A stretch of 53,982 nt of DNA from a virus, in the IMG/VR virus record IMGVR_UViG_3300028840_003311, one strand, 5' to 3'. Under the pieces are notes generated by a model. The model did no database searches, was not told where the DNA came from, and saw nothing but the letters and a program-made list of their open reading frames with translations. A program made the translations under genes and the position numbers. Shown here one piece after another: positions 18,060 through 27,151 of the stretch (the first letter of the stretch is position 1; every line of letters starts with the position of its first letter).

Positions 18060-18462
18060 AGTATAGCTCCCTGTCGATCGTTTCCTTGGACCACGGGTAC
18101 ACAACTCGGCTTGTGGGAATAGCTGGGCGCGTTCCTGGGTAGTTCGGGTCCCAGGCCTCATACCACAGGACGCCCAGGGCGATGACGCATCCAGCCAGCA
18201 CAGAGACGCCCAGGCCGGTGGCAAGCTCCCTGATGTGCGTCCTCAACCATTCCCAAGGCCGTTCCATCCACATGCCAATGAGGGCGTAGGCGACCACGAC
18301 AAAAACGATCCCGACGAGTGCAAAGGCGGCACACGTGGCCAGAACAGCCCGCGGGTCGGTTCGCTCTCCGCGGAGGATCCTCTCTGCCTGGGCTGGCTGC
18401 CTACCCCATCCGGAAAACCATCTCCGCTTCCCTGTAGCCGGTCCCTGATTCTGTCCATCCAT
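18013..18462 (-). CDS. Membrane protein
   Basis: ATG 18462 after GGAGGA-N6. Clean TM helices AVLATCAAFALVGIVFVVVAYALIGMW and LGVSVLAGCVIALGVLWY. Confidence 0.55.
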   Translation of the reverse strand: MDGQNQGPATGKRRWFSGWGRQPAQAERILRGERTDPRAVLATCAAFALVGIVFVVVAYALIGMWMERPWEWLRTHIRELATGLGVSVLAGCVIALGVLWYEAWDPNYPGTRPAIPTSRVVYPWSKETIDRELYYEQDGDTYELPSVKI

Positions 18463-18764
18463 GGCTTGTCCTCCATCACTTCATCACCCGGGACCAGCCG
18501 GAGCGGGCTGGCCTGAATGCACCAGGAATTGTACCCTATGTAGTAGTCGTCATAGCCTGCGTCAGCGCAAGCGCGGGCCAGCCGCACGTCCCGGACCAAG
18601 ATGGTATAGGTGATGGCGGCATAGGCCATACAGGCAATAGAGAGAATAAGCAAAAGCCAGTCTCTCACACCAAGAGGCTCCGGGGCGGGCGGCGTCCTCA
18701 ATGTGCGAGGGCGCCAGAACAGCCAGTCTTTTTTCCAGCCTTGGTCACTCTTGGCGTGTCTCAT
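18243..18764 (-). CDS. Membrane protein whose reading frame overlaps the next gene by about 220 nt
   Basis: ATG 18764 after GGAAGGAGGGG, overlapping the upstream stop (ATGA). TM segment WLLLILSIACMAYAAITYTIL. The C-terminal third looks like an out-of-frame tail. Confidence 0.5.
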   Translation of the reverse strand: MRHAKSDQGWKKDWLFWRPRTLRTPPAPEPLGVRDWLLLILSIACMAYAAITYTILVRDVRLARACADAGYDDYYIGYNSWCIQASPLRLVPGDEVMEDKPWMDRIRDRLQGSGDGFPDGVGSQPRQRGSSAESEPTRGLFWPRVPPLHSSGSFLSWSPTPSLACGWNGLGNG

Positions 18765-19447
18765 TTGGCAGCCCCTCCTTCCCGACTGATGACCCAAAAC
18801 TCAACAGTTCCGGCGCCATCGGGCTTGTTCGGGTCGGCGGGCGTCCAGCGGGTCACGGTGGCAAACGGCCAAGGTAAGCGCGTGCCTCCCGTCGCATTTG
18901 TCGAACCGCGCGGCTTGCTTGAGACGCCAGAGCTCGCGTTTTGCGCTGCGCGACCCTCAGCCCTGCTGCTGAACTGGAGCACCAAGCTCGCGTCCCCTGG
19001 GCGCATCTTGAGCAGGAAGGCGCGCAGTTCGCCGTACTTGGTTATGCGGGTACCCGTGGAAGGGACATGGGCGGATCCACGGGTAGCTATCACCTTGCGG
19101 CCATTGATGACCATTTCAAATGACCTGTCATCGAGGCGGGCCTGGATGGCCTGGCGGGCGGTGGTCGGCGCCTCGTGGCCGTGGGCCTGGCGGGCGGCCT
19201 TGACGGCCTTCTTGGCGGCGGCGGCCTGCTCGGCGGCCTGCTCGGCGGCCATCGCCTCGCCCAGTTCAGCGCCGTCAAGGAATCGCCTGAGAACCTGGGG
19301 CGATACCTTGGGCGACAAAGTGGCGGCCACTCGTTTCCGAGCCATGAAACCTTTTAGCTGCCCGCACTGGGCCAAGTTGACCGTTTCGGAATCCACAAGG
19401 GCCTGGATTACTTTGCGGTTTTCGGGTGTCAAGTCCATCGGGTTCAT
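18761..19447 (-). CDS. Hypothetical protein
   Basis: 228-aa ORF in the co-directional operon with an Ala/Glu-rich central segment. Confidence 0.6.
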   Translation of the reverse strand: MNPMDLTPENRKVIQALVDSETVNLAQCGQLKGFMARKRVAATLSPKVSPQVLRRFLDGAELGEAMAAEQAAEQAAAAKKAVKAARQAHGHEAPTTARQAIQARLDDRSFEMVINGRKVIATRGSAHVPSTGTRITKYGELRAFLLKMRPGDASLVLQFSSRAEGRAAQNASSGVSSKPRGSTNATGGTRLPWPFATVTRWTPADPNKPDGAGTVEFWVISREGGAAK

Positions 19448-19450
19448 GTT

Positions 19451-20290
19451 CTACTCCTTGTGTTTGGCGTGGGCGATTTTCAAGTATCGCCTCGTGGTTG
19501 AGCGGCTTGGTAGCGCGCGCTCAAGGTATGCAAACTCCACTTCTAGGCCCTGGGCGTCCAAGGTGGCGGAGGCGCCATTCAGCTTGCCCAGGACGGCGTC
19601 CAAGTGTTCCCGCCTGGCAGGTGGCCAGTCCGGGTTGATGCGAACGACCTGGCCAGGCTTGCCGGGGACCTCTACGGTCCGCCAGGTGGCCACGTCGGCC
19701 TCGGCCTCGGCGCTGGCCGGCAGCGCGGCGGGGATGCCCTGGCCCAGGAGCCAGGCGCGGCGCTCTTCCAGCCAGGCCTCTTTCCGGATCTCGAACGAAC
19801 CGAACAGGAATCCCAGTTCCACAAGGGCGCCGTAGTAGTCGCACGCTACGGCAATCCCCGACAAGAGAGGTCCCCAGTCCAGCATCCAGGCCGTCCAGGG
19901 CGCGGCGACCTTGAGGCGCGCGGAGAACGTCACCAGCAGGTTAGCCAGAGTCCCCACCAAGGACACGACCAGGGCGCTATAGTCCCACCCGTTCGCCTCC
20001 TTGCGTAAGATTTTACGGAACGTCTCAATGGTCGTGAACGGCGTGTTGAGCTCGGCGCCGAACACAATCAGGCCACTACCCAAGATGACCAGCCACGATT
20101 GAACCGGGCCGGGGATAACCTGGATGTCCTCGAACGTGAAAGCGAACAGCCCAGTGACAAAGAAACCAAGGGCGCTGAGCAGGATGGGGACCAGCATACC
20201 GAACATGCGCCAGTCTGTCCACGGGCGCCGTGGTTCCTCTTTGTAAAACGGCATCACCTGGGCCTGATGCACTGTGGTGGCTTTCATCAC
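19451..20290 (-). CDS. Polytopic membrane protein with soluble C-terminal domain
   Basis: GTG/ATG after AAAAGGAGAG. About five hydrophobic helices in the first 170 aa. Confidence 0.65.
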   Translation of the reverse strand: MMKATTVHQAQVMPFYKEEPRRPWTDWRMFGMLVPILLSALGFFVTGLFAFTFEDIQVIPGPVQSWLVILGSGLIVFGAELNTPFTTIETFRKILRKEANGWDYSALVVSLVGTLANLLVTFSARLKVAAPWTAWMLDWGPLLSGIAVACDYYGALVELGFLFGSFEIRKEAWLEERRAWLLGQGIPAALPASAEAEADVATWRTVEVPGKPGQVVRINPDWPPARREHLDAVLGKLNGASATLDAQGLEVEFAYLERALPSRSTTRRYLKIAHAKHKE

Positions 20291-20305
20291 GGGTGGCTCT
20301 CCTTT

Positions 20306-20452
20306 TCAGTGGGTGAAGCTCAGCTTTTCAGTTACAAGGCGCAGTGGCCACAAGCTGGCCACGAACACGCGGCCAGACTCAAAGCCAAGCGCCAGCCCTA
20401 CGGGCCACAAGACCAAGAACACTTTTAGGCCCAAGTGGCGTACCCAAAGCAT
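20306..20452 (-). CDS. Possible 48-aa hydrophobic peptide (below the ORF-track size cutoff)
   Basis: ATG 20452 after GGGACGGAAAG. Translation is MLWVRHLGLKVFLVLWPVGLALGFESGRVFVASLWPLRLVTEKLSFTH. It fills an otherwise empty 190-bp gap. Confidence 0.3.
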   Translation of the reverse strand: MLWVRHLGLKVFLVLWPVGLALGFESGRVFVASLWPLRLVTEKLSFTH

Positions 20453-20481
20453 CTTTCCGTCCCTGAGCTTCAAAATGTGTT

Positions 20482-21504
20482 TCACAGCAAGCCATCCCCT
20501 GCGGGCGGCTCTTGACTGGGCCAGTCCGGTGGGCCTTCTGGCACGTCCGGGTACGCTGCTCGCTCGGCCAGAATCTGCCGAGCAGAAGGCCCGAAGGGCG
20601 TCGGCCTGCTCTCCACGATGTCCTCCCAGGCCTCCACGCCCAGGGCGTCAATGGTCCACCCATAGTAGGCCTCGCGCGGCCTGGCGCCTCCGGTCATCCA
20701 GGATGTATCTGGAACAGGCTGGCCCATCGCCTCCCAGGCTTTGAGCATACGCGGGCCTTGGGTCGTCTGGACCATCGTGGGGCGCCATGGGTTACGGCTG
20801 AGCGTCCCGCGCGCGGTGACCCATTTCGTTGCCCGGACCTGGAGCATCCTGATGTAGACGTCCAGAGTCAGCCGAGCGTCCTGGCCCACGTACTCAAGGA
20901 CCAGGTCGTGGGCCTGGCGCGTCCCAGGCTGGATACCTCTGGCCAGCAGGGCGGCCACGTTGGCGTCCAACTTCTGGCGGCTTTCGGGCCTCATCGCGTC
21001 CTCTTCGGGCCAGACGGCGGACCACAACACGGGCGCCAGGGCGCCGGACATCCCAGCCGTCTTGGAGCCTACGCCAAGGGCCTCCGCTATCTTGGCCAGC
21101 TTGACCATGTAGCCCATCTTGCAGACTTGCTGAAAGCCCGGATCGTACATCTCTAGCGCCAGGCGGGCCAGGCGGGCGGCCACGTCCGGGTCACGGGCAC
21201 CCTTGGCGATGGCGGGATAGTCAAACCCCAGGCCGTTCCAAGACACGATTTCATAGCCATCATTGGCCAAGCTCAACAGGAGCAGGGCGATGTCACGGAT
21301 CTGCGAATCGCTCATCTCCAAACGGTAGGGCTGCCCAGGGAGCGGGAGCGCCTGCCCATCGTTCGGGTGGAAAATGGTCGGGCCGGTGTCTCCGTCAATC
21401 ATCAGGCCAACACACGAGATTCCAAAAAAGGGCGCCATCATCCAGTCTCCGGACGGGAGCGGGCGCGCGATTTCGATGTCAAAGGCTGCCAGTTTTCTCT
21501 TCAT
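20482..21504 (-). CDS. DnaQ-like 3'-5' exonuclease fold protein
   Basis: Exo I AFDIE, Exo II WNGLGFDYP and Exo III YVGQDARLTLDVY motifs appear in the correct order. Confidence 0.7.
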   Translation of the reverse strand: MKRKLAAFDIEIARPLPSGDWMMAPFFGISCVGLMIDGDTGPTIFHPNDGQALPLPGQPYRLEMSDSQIRDIALLLLSLANDGYEIVSWNGLGFDYPAIAKGARDPDVAARLARLALEMYDPGFQQVCKMGYMVKLAKIAEALGVGSKTAGMSGALAPVLWSAVWPEEDAMRPESRQKLDANVAALLARGIQPGTRQAHDLVLEYVGQDARLTLDVYIRMLQVRATKWVTARGTLSRNPWRPTMVQTTQGPRMLKAWEAMGQPVPDTSWMTGGARPREAYYGWTIDALGVEAWEDIVESRPTPFGPSARQILAERAAYPDVPEGPPDWPSQEPPAGDGLL

Positions 21505-21523
21505 TTCCTTGACCTTTCGTGTT

Positions 21524-21559
21524 CTGACGCCCTGGGCCTTTCATCTCCCAGGGCGTCAG
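21524..21559 (-). other. 13-bp perfect stem hairpin between SSAP and exonuclease genes (no U-tract)
   Basis: CTGACGCCCTGGG-N10-CCCAGGGCGTCAG. Confidence 0.5.
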
Positions 21560-21577
21560 CTTGAGCACGGGTGGCGT

Positions 21578-22972
21578 CTAGTCGGCGGGCGGATATTCGA
21601 CGTTGAGGCCAGTGTCCGTCCGGGTGTAGGTGATCCCCTTGGCCTCGCAAAGGGTGATGACGGCGTCTGCCAATGAGCCGGTGTAGTCCGCCATATGCTT
21701 GACGCCCAGCAGGGCGGTGGCCTCCGCGGGCGGGATATGGGCTTTAGCCAGGAACTTGTGATAGCGCATCACGGCGCCGTTTTCGCTATGGTCCGCTGTC
21801 CAGGGAGCGTCCTGGGCGGCAGTTTGGCCAGTTTCGTGTCCATTTGTGCCAGAGTCCCGCCCAGGGGCAGTCTGTGAGGCCTGCTCCAAAACCTTGGCTT
21901 GCAGGGCATCGCTCAGCGTGCGGAACCGGAGCACGTCCCACGCTTGCTTGATGGTTACGGGCTGACGGTCGGCTTTCTTGCGGACGTTGAAACCCGGGTA
22001 GAACCGGCGAACGGCGTTATAGATGTGGGCCTTGGCCTTGTAATGTCCGAGCTCCTGATTGTCGAGCGCGCGGGCGTAAAACTCGTTCCAGTCGGCCGGG
22101 ACCGGATGGTCGTCGCTGTCCCGGAGAACAAACGCGGCGCCCTCGCTTTGCTGACCTGGCGCGGCGTCTTTGGCCTTGCCCTTGTCCTGTTCGATCAAGG
22201 TGGCTGGATCTCGACCTGCGGTGGTCTTGGCCTTCGGCTCGGGCGGCTCGGGCGGCTCGGGCGGCGGATTTTGCTCATTGTAGGCGGACACGTGGGCGGC
22301 GAACTCGTCCAGTTCCCAGTAGGGGACGTCGGTGGCCAGCCCATCGCTCGACCTCGGGAGTGCCCAGGGCGCGACCTGTTCCAGCATTGGCCTGGCGGCG
22401 ATGACCCATCCCTTGCCGCGTTTCTTGATGGGGACCCACTGGGCAGGGATGCGGTAGCCATAGCGGAACACGCCCAGCTTGACGGCAGCACGTTTCAGGG
22501 CGTCCGATTCGCTGGACTTGTTGACGTCCGGGCCGCGACCTCCACCTGCGGCGCCGAAAGATTGCTTGGTGACCCAAACTCCGCCAGGCCACAAGGTTCT
22601 CAAGGTGCAAAGCAGGCCGCCATTGATGGCGGTGTATTCCTCGGTCCAGCCCTCCACCCCAAAGACGTCGTCCAGGCGGTCTTGAACCGCGCGGGCGTCG
22701 ACGTAGCACACGGCAAGCCCTTGCTTTCGATCTTCCATCGTGTGTTGGAGTTTCCAGCCAATGTAATATTCGGGGAAGGGCGCCAAGAGGCAGTGCCGGA
22801 TGTGTTCGGCGGCCTCCGGGTCAACTTTGGACGGTGGCGCCTGGGCGAGGCCCTTGGCGGCCAAGATGGCGGTCAAGAAGGTGGAGCTCAGGCCATCGGC
22901 CAGGGCGGCCAAGGTGTCGGCGGGGATAGCTGCGGTTGGATCGGAACGGGTGGCTTTGGTTTCTTCTGTCAC
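21578..22972 (-). CDS. Rad52/Sak-like single-strand annealing protein with long C-terminal extension
   Basis: N-terminal region YVDARAVQDRLDDVFGVEGW...SESDALKRAAVKLGVFRYGY matches the Rad52-type SSAP signature. GTG after GGAGA. Confidence 0.7.
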   Translation of the reverse strand: MTEETKATRSDPTAAIPADTLAALADGLSSTFLTAILAAKGLAQAPPSKVDPEAAEHIRHCLLAPFPEYYIGWKLQHTMEDRKQGLAVCYVDARAVQDRLDDVFGVEGWTEEYTAINGGLLCTLRTLWPGGVWVTKQSFGAAGGGRGPDVNKSSESDALKRAAVKLGVFRYGYRIPAQWVPIKKRGKGWVIAARPMLEQVAPWALPRSSDGLATDVPYWELDEFAAHVSAYNEQNPPPEPPEPPEPKAKTTAGRDPATLIEQDKGKAKDAAPGQQSEGAAFVLRDSDDHPVPADWNEFYARALDNQELGHYKAKAHIYNAVRRFYPGFNVRKKADRQPVTIKQAWDVLRFRTLSDALQAKVLEQASQTAPGRDSGTNGHETGQTAAQDAPWTADHSENGAVMRYHKFLAKAHIPPAEATALLGVKHMADYTGSLADAVITLCEAKGITYTRTDTGLNVEYPPAD

Positions 22973-23038
22973 TTTTCAGTCTCCTTTTCTGCGGGAGGGC
23001 CAGGGGCGCCCTCCGGTTCAATAGCGGTGGCGCCTGGC

Positions 23039-23857
23039 CTAGTGTCGGGCGGGCGCCTTACTGTACAAGAACGCCCTGTACAAGCTGATGGCCTGCTCGG
23101 CCTGTTCGTGGTCGGCCTCGGCCTCGGCCAGGGCGTCCTCCCAGTCCTGGACTTGTGCGAGGGCCTGGCGGTACGGTTCGTGGGCGCCAAGGGCGCGCGC
23201 GCGGTCCTCCTTTCGTTCGGTCACACTAGCGCCCTCGGCCTCGTATGCACCAAGGAACGCGTCCTTGATGTCGTCAGCGACGGCTTGGGCGTCTCGGATA
23301 AACCGTTTGGCGTGGGCAATGGCGCGACTGGCGGCGGCCAAGGTGGCCGTCATCTTGTCCAGGTCGCTCAGTCTGACGAAAGCCTCAAAGGGCCTGTGCA
23401 CTCCGGAGCAGGACGGGCAATAGGTCTGATTGGCCAGGTGCCAGCCCAAGATCTCCGGGCTTGCGATCCAGTTCCACTGGACAGCGTGACACGTACCGCA
23501 AGCCTGGGCCAGGTAAAAATCCAGCCCTTCTATGCATAGGCGGGCCTCAATGCGGTGGCCGCCCATCTCAAGCCTGGCCAGGCCAGGCGTGATGTCCACG
23601 ATGGTCAGGTTTTCCAGGTAGTACCCGATGTGGGCGTTCTCGTCGCCAGGCTCGCACCCCTCCGGCTCCGGGAGGAACGTCAGGATAAACTGCTCAGCGG
23701 AGTGGAAGGCAAAGCGGAGGGCCTCCTTGCGGTGTTCCTCGTTTGCCATGCTGTAGATGCGAAGGGCGTGTTCACCGAGAATGTCCCCCTCGTGGACAGG
23801 GGCGGCCTTGGGGTGTGCCACATCATCAACGTCAAACAAGATTCTGGTCGCGTTCAT
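23039..23857 (-). CDS. Hypothetical protein with Cys clusters (CGTCH...CPSC)
   Basis: ATG after AAAGGAGA. It is the first gene downstream of the promoter at 23.9 kb. Confidence 0.6.
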   Translation of the reverse strand: MNATRILFDVDDVAHPKAAPVHEGDILGEHALRIYSMANEEHRKEALRFAFHSAEQFILTFLPEPEGCEPGDENAHIGYYLENLTIVDITPGLARLEMGGHRIEARLCIEGLDFYLAQACGTCHAVQWNWIASPEILGWHLANQTYCPSCSGVHRPFEAFVRLSDLDKMTATLAAASRAIAHAKRFIRDAQAVADDIKDAFLGAYEAEGASVTERKEDRARALGAHEPYRQALAQVQDWEDALAEAEADHEQAEQAISLYRAFLYSKAPARH

Positions 23858-23895
23858 AGCGTCTCCTTTACTGGGTGGCGAAGGCTACTAAAGCC

Positions 23896-23924
23896 ATCAT
23901 ACCACAATAGAATCAAATTGTCAA
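23896..23924 (-). promoter_or_regulatory. Sigma70-type promoter (TTGACA-N17-TGGTATGAT)
   Basis: The minus strand reads TTGACAatttgattctattgTGGTATGAT. -35 at 23919-23924 and -10 at 23896-23901. Confidence 0.7.
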
Positions 23925-24394
23925 GCATCAGTTTGTTGTATGTCCTGCTGGATAGCTTGGGCGCGGGCCTGGGCGGCCACGAGCTCGGCCAAGGTGGGCG
24001 CGTGGTCCTGGTCCCATAGGTCGGCCAGGTGGGCGTCGTGGGTCAGGCGGGTTTCTAGCACGATGCTGAACCCACGGGCGCGAACCTGACCAAGGAGGCC
24101 TGCGACCTGGCCAGGCTCCATCATCACGGTGGCCAGCCCGCCCAGGCCCACGGCGGGCGCCGTGTCGGCAAGCATCCAGATGGCGCCCTCCGCAATCAGC
24201 GTATCGCTGATGTCGTCCAGGCGGGCCACAATCCCGTGAGGAAACCGTAGGCGCCTATTATGGCTCCATCGGGTGGCCTCCACGGAAATCAGGCCAGGGA
24301 CCGAGACGCCCACGAGCGTCCCGGTCAGGCTGTAGCCAAGTTCGGGGTCGGCCCCAAACGCCAGGGTCACTTCTAGCGGTGGATGGTTCACCAT
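23921..24394 (-). CDS. Hypothetical protein
   Basis: ATG 24394 after CAGGAG. Track ORF 23921-24481 trimmed. Confidence 0.55.
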   Translation of the reverse strand: MVNHPPLEVTLAFGADPELGYSLTGTLVGVSVPGLISVEATRWSHNRRLRFPHGIVARLDDISDTLIAEGAIWMLADTAPAVGLGGLATVMMEPGQVAGLLGQVRARGFSIVLETRLTHDAHLADLWDQDHAPTLAELVAAQARAQAIQQDIQQTDA

Positions 24395-25245
24395 CGGATT
24401 CCACTCCTGTAGCTTGTCCCCTTGAACGGGATGGCCTTGGACATCTCTGCCATCCGATCCAAAAGGGCTTTGCCCACCCACGGTTCCAAGTCTTTCGGGG
24501 CGGCGTTCGTGGTGATGATGGTCGGGCGCCCTCTATTGTAGCGAGAGTCCAGCGCAGTGTAGAGGATTTCATGCGTCCAATCGGTGGGCTTGGCCTTGTC
24601 GACGTCGTCCAGAACCAGAAGGCGGGCGCGTTTCAGTTCCGTCTCCACGGTAGCGGTTCGCTCCATACTGTCACGGTCAAACGTGGCCTTGAGCCTGCTC
24701 AGGTATTCGGGCCACACGCGAAAGTAGACGCGGTCCCACCCGTATTCCAGGACGGCGTTCATCACGGCGGCGGCCAGATGGCTCTTGCCCAGGCCGTAGG
24801 CGCCGTGGAAGATTCTCCATCGCTTGGCGCCCAGTTCTCGAGATATCAGGCCGTCAGCGTAGGCGCGCGCGGCGTCAAGCTGCCGTTCGCGGTGGGCCTT
24901 GTCCGGGCTCGGGCTGCCGTCCGGCTTGGTCAAGCTATAGCTATCAAACGTGTGGGTGGCCAGGCGTCCGTTAAGGCCTGCGGCCACACGGGCGGCAGCC
25001 ATCCGGGCGGCGTGTTCCTGGCATTCCTCTTTAGACTGGGCGGCCTGGGCCTTGTCGCAAGGGCATACGCCAGGCTGCCCAAGCATGATGACCATCCCCT
25101 CAAATTCGATGGGCGCGCGCGGGCGCGGCTGCCCACAGTGTTCACAGAAAACGGCGTGTTCCGCCAGGAGGGCGGCTTGGTCAGTTTCCCAACGTTCGTT
25201 GAAGGCGGCAAACTTGGCCCCCATCTTTCCTTGTGTCATCGTCAT
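24388..25245 (-). CDS. DnaC/IstB-like AAA+ helicase-loader protein
   Basis: Walker A GAYGLGKSH and Walker B LLVLDDVDK. N-terminal Cys cluster. ATG after AAGGAG. Confidence 0.75.
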   Translation of the reverse strand: MTMTQGKMGAKFAAFNERWETDQAALLAEHAVFCEHCGQPRPRAPIEFEGMVIMLGQPGVCPCDKAQAAQSKEECQEHAARMAAARVAAGLNGRLATHTFDSYSLTKPDGSPSPDKAHRERQLDAARAYADGLISRELGAKRWRIFHGAYGLGKSHLAAAVMNAVLEYGWDRVYFRVWPEYLSRLKATFDRDSMERTATVETELKRARLLVLDDVDKAKPTDWTHEILYTALDSRYNRGRPTIITTNAAPKDLEPWVGKALLDRMAEMSKAIPFKGTSYRSGIRW

Positions 25246-25270
25246 ACTCCTTGGGTGGCGTGGGTCTGGC

Positions 25271-25993
25271 CTACTTGGCGGCCAAGGCGCGAGCGATGGC
25301 GTCCACGCTATCCTGGATGCGCTGCCGGCTGCCGGGCGCGGATTCCAGGCCGTAGCGGTCGGCTACCTCGGCGGACGTCATCAGGGCGGGCCTTTTGTTC
25401 GCGTCCTCCTGGGCCTGGCGGGCCTGGTCCTCATCCTCGGCGGGGATGCGGACAAAAAGGGCGTTCGCCTTGACGCTGTAGCCCAAGTGGACGGTTTCCC
25501 CCTCTTGGGTTTTATAGGGCGCCAGGTGGACCTCGTCGGTGGCGCCCTGGGGCAAGCCTGGGCGGTGGTAGAACAGATTCAGCACATCGGGCGCCGTGGG
25601 CGGCACCCACAGGAACGCGGTCTTGGACGGCTCCGTGATGGCGTTCCAAGCCTGGCCAGCCAGCAGGCCCAGGTAGGCCATCTGGCGGTCGGCCTGGCAC
25701 ATCGGGACGGGCTGGGACGCATCGGCCGGTAGCGGGCCTGGGGCGCCAGCGTGAACGGGCGTCCACAGAGCACAGGCGCCATTACCGTGTTCCTTGGTGG
25801 TCGGTATCAGGGCCTCTAGGGCCTGGCGGCGGATGGTGTCCCCTTCTTCCGCCGTGTGTTGTTCATAGTTCCAGTCTAGGTGCAGCGCCATCACGGGACA
25901 GATCTCGCCAGGGCGGTCCCCTCCATGGGCGCACGCGGTACAATATTTGGCCTCGTAAAGGTCGGCGTCGTAGCCGTTCGCAAAGTAACCCAT
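25271..25993 (-). CDS. Hypothetical protein
   Basis: ATG after AAGGAGA. 240 aa. Confidence 0.6.
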   Translation of the reverse strand: MGYFANGYDADLYEAKYCTACAHGGDRPGEICPVMALHLDWNYEQHTAEEGDTIRRQALEALIPTTKEHGNGACALWTPVHAGAPGPLPADASQPVPMCQADRQMAYLGLLAGQAWNAITEPSKTAFLWVPPTAPDVLNLFYHRPGLPQGATDEVHLAPYKTQEGETVHLGYSVKANALFVRIPAEDEDQARQAQEDANKRPALMTSAEVADRYGLESAPGSRQRIQDSVDAIARALAAK

Positions 25994-26008
25994 GTTCGTC
26001 TCCTTGGC

Positions 26009-27151
26009 CTATTGGAAGGCGTGTTCTAGCGCCTGGGCCTGCTCGGCGGGCGCGGCCTGGGTGGCTCGGCCGTTTTTGCGGCCTTTTGCATTGATGGGCG
26101 CTCCGGTTCGCAGGCGGTCCAGCATCGTGTTCAAGATGCTGTGAAAACCCGTTTCAAACGGGGACGCGAACGAACGCCAGCTATGTTCACTTTGGGTGAT
26201 GGCCTGGATGGCTTGGGCAGTTTCCTGGGGTGTCGCGGCCTGGTCGCGGGCAGTGGCCCATCGTTCCAGTTCGCGCGGCCAAGCCTCGCGTTCTGCATTG
26301 TCCAGGCCGCCAGGCGTCCGGCCGACAAGCGCACAAAAGGCGGTAGCGGCAGGCGCCCACGGCTCCGGGCTGCCGTCGTCTTGAACCCACGCCCAGTTAC
26401 GGGCGGCCTGGGCGGCCTGAGTCTGCTGGGCCAGAGCCAGCCATCCCTCGGCCAGCCCTTGATCTCCTGGAACGAGGACCATCGGCGCGGCAGGCGCGGC
26501 GCCGTCCTGGGGTGGCTCCCCGCCTTCCCCCCAAAAGAGAAGAGCGTCCTCGTTTTGACCTAATCCTTCCTCTTGTTGTTTTCCTCCTTGTTGTTCTTTT
26601 CGTGTCCTTTTGTGACCCGGTGGTGGACCCATTTTTGACCCGACTGTGGACCCATTTTTGTCTCCACTGTCCAAGGGGACATTTTTGTCCCCACTGGCCA
26701 GGCGGGCGGCCAAGGTCTCGGCCAGGGCCTCGCGCTCCGCCCAGGTAAGTTCCAGCCCGTCTTGTTTCAGGGCGCGCGATACAGCCCTGCGAGACATTTC
26801 CAGCCTGGCTACAGCGACCACTTGGGCGTTTCTGGTCAAATCCTCGATCCAAGTGATGGAGGACGTGCCCATCTGGCGTTCGCGCGTCACATAGCCAGCC
26901 TTGACCAGGTTGGACATGCGGCGGGTGATGGTCTTTTCGGTGACGCCCATCAGGGCGGCCAAGCGTTCGCGGCCTGGGTAGCAAGAATCGGCCTGCTGGG
27001 CATGCATCAGCAGGACCAGGTACAAGCGGAGGGCGCCGTCTGTGACGCGGTGGTCCAAGGTGGCGGCGTGGTACAGGCCAGCCCACCCAGCGCTCTGGAC
27101 AACGTTCCTAAACTTGAGCGGGCCAAGCTGTAGATCGGATAGGGATACCAT
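26009..27151 (-). CDS. Winged-helix DNA-binding protein (replication-initiator/DnaD-like position)
   Basis: ATG 27151 after AAAGGAGCAGAAT. The segment RERLAALMGVTEKTITRRMSNLVKAGYV is HTH-like. It lies upstream of the DnaC-like gene. Confidence 0.55.
   Translation of the reverse strand: MVSLSDLQLGPLKFRNVVQSAGWAGLYHAATLDHRVTDGALRLYLVLLMHAQQADSCYPGRERLAALMGVTEKTITRRMSNLVKAGYVTRERQMGTSSITWIEDLTRNAQVVAVARLEMSRRAVSRALKQDGLELTWAEREALAETLAARLASGDKNVPLDSGDKNGSTVGSKMGPPPGHKRTRKEQQGGKQQEEGLGQNEDALLFWGEGGEPPQDGAAPAAPMVLVPGDQGLAEGWLALAQQTQAAQAARNWAWVQDDGSPEPWAPAATAFCALVGRTPGGLDNAEREAWPRELERWATARDQAATPQETAQAIQAITQSEHSWRSFASPFETGFHSILNTMLDRLRTGAPINAKGRKNGRATQAAPAEQAQALEHAFQ

Noticed and set aside
21899-23539. 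546-aa ORF on the + strand, the longest in this region of the track
   Set aside because: It lies antisense to the Rad52-like (21578-22972) and 23039-23857 genes, which have recognisable motifs and RBSs. Its translation is Gly/Arg/Leu/Val-rich and low in complexity, with no RBS. This is a typical high-GC shadow ORF.
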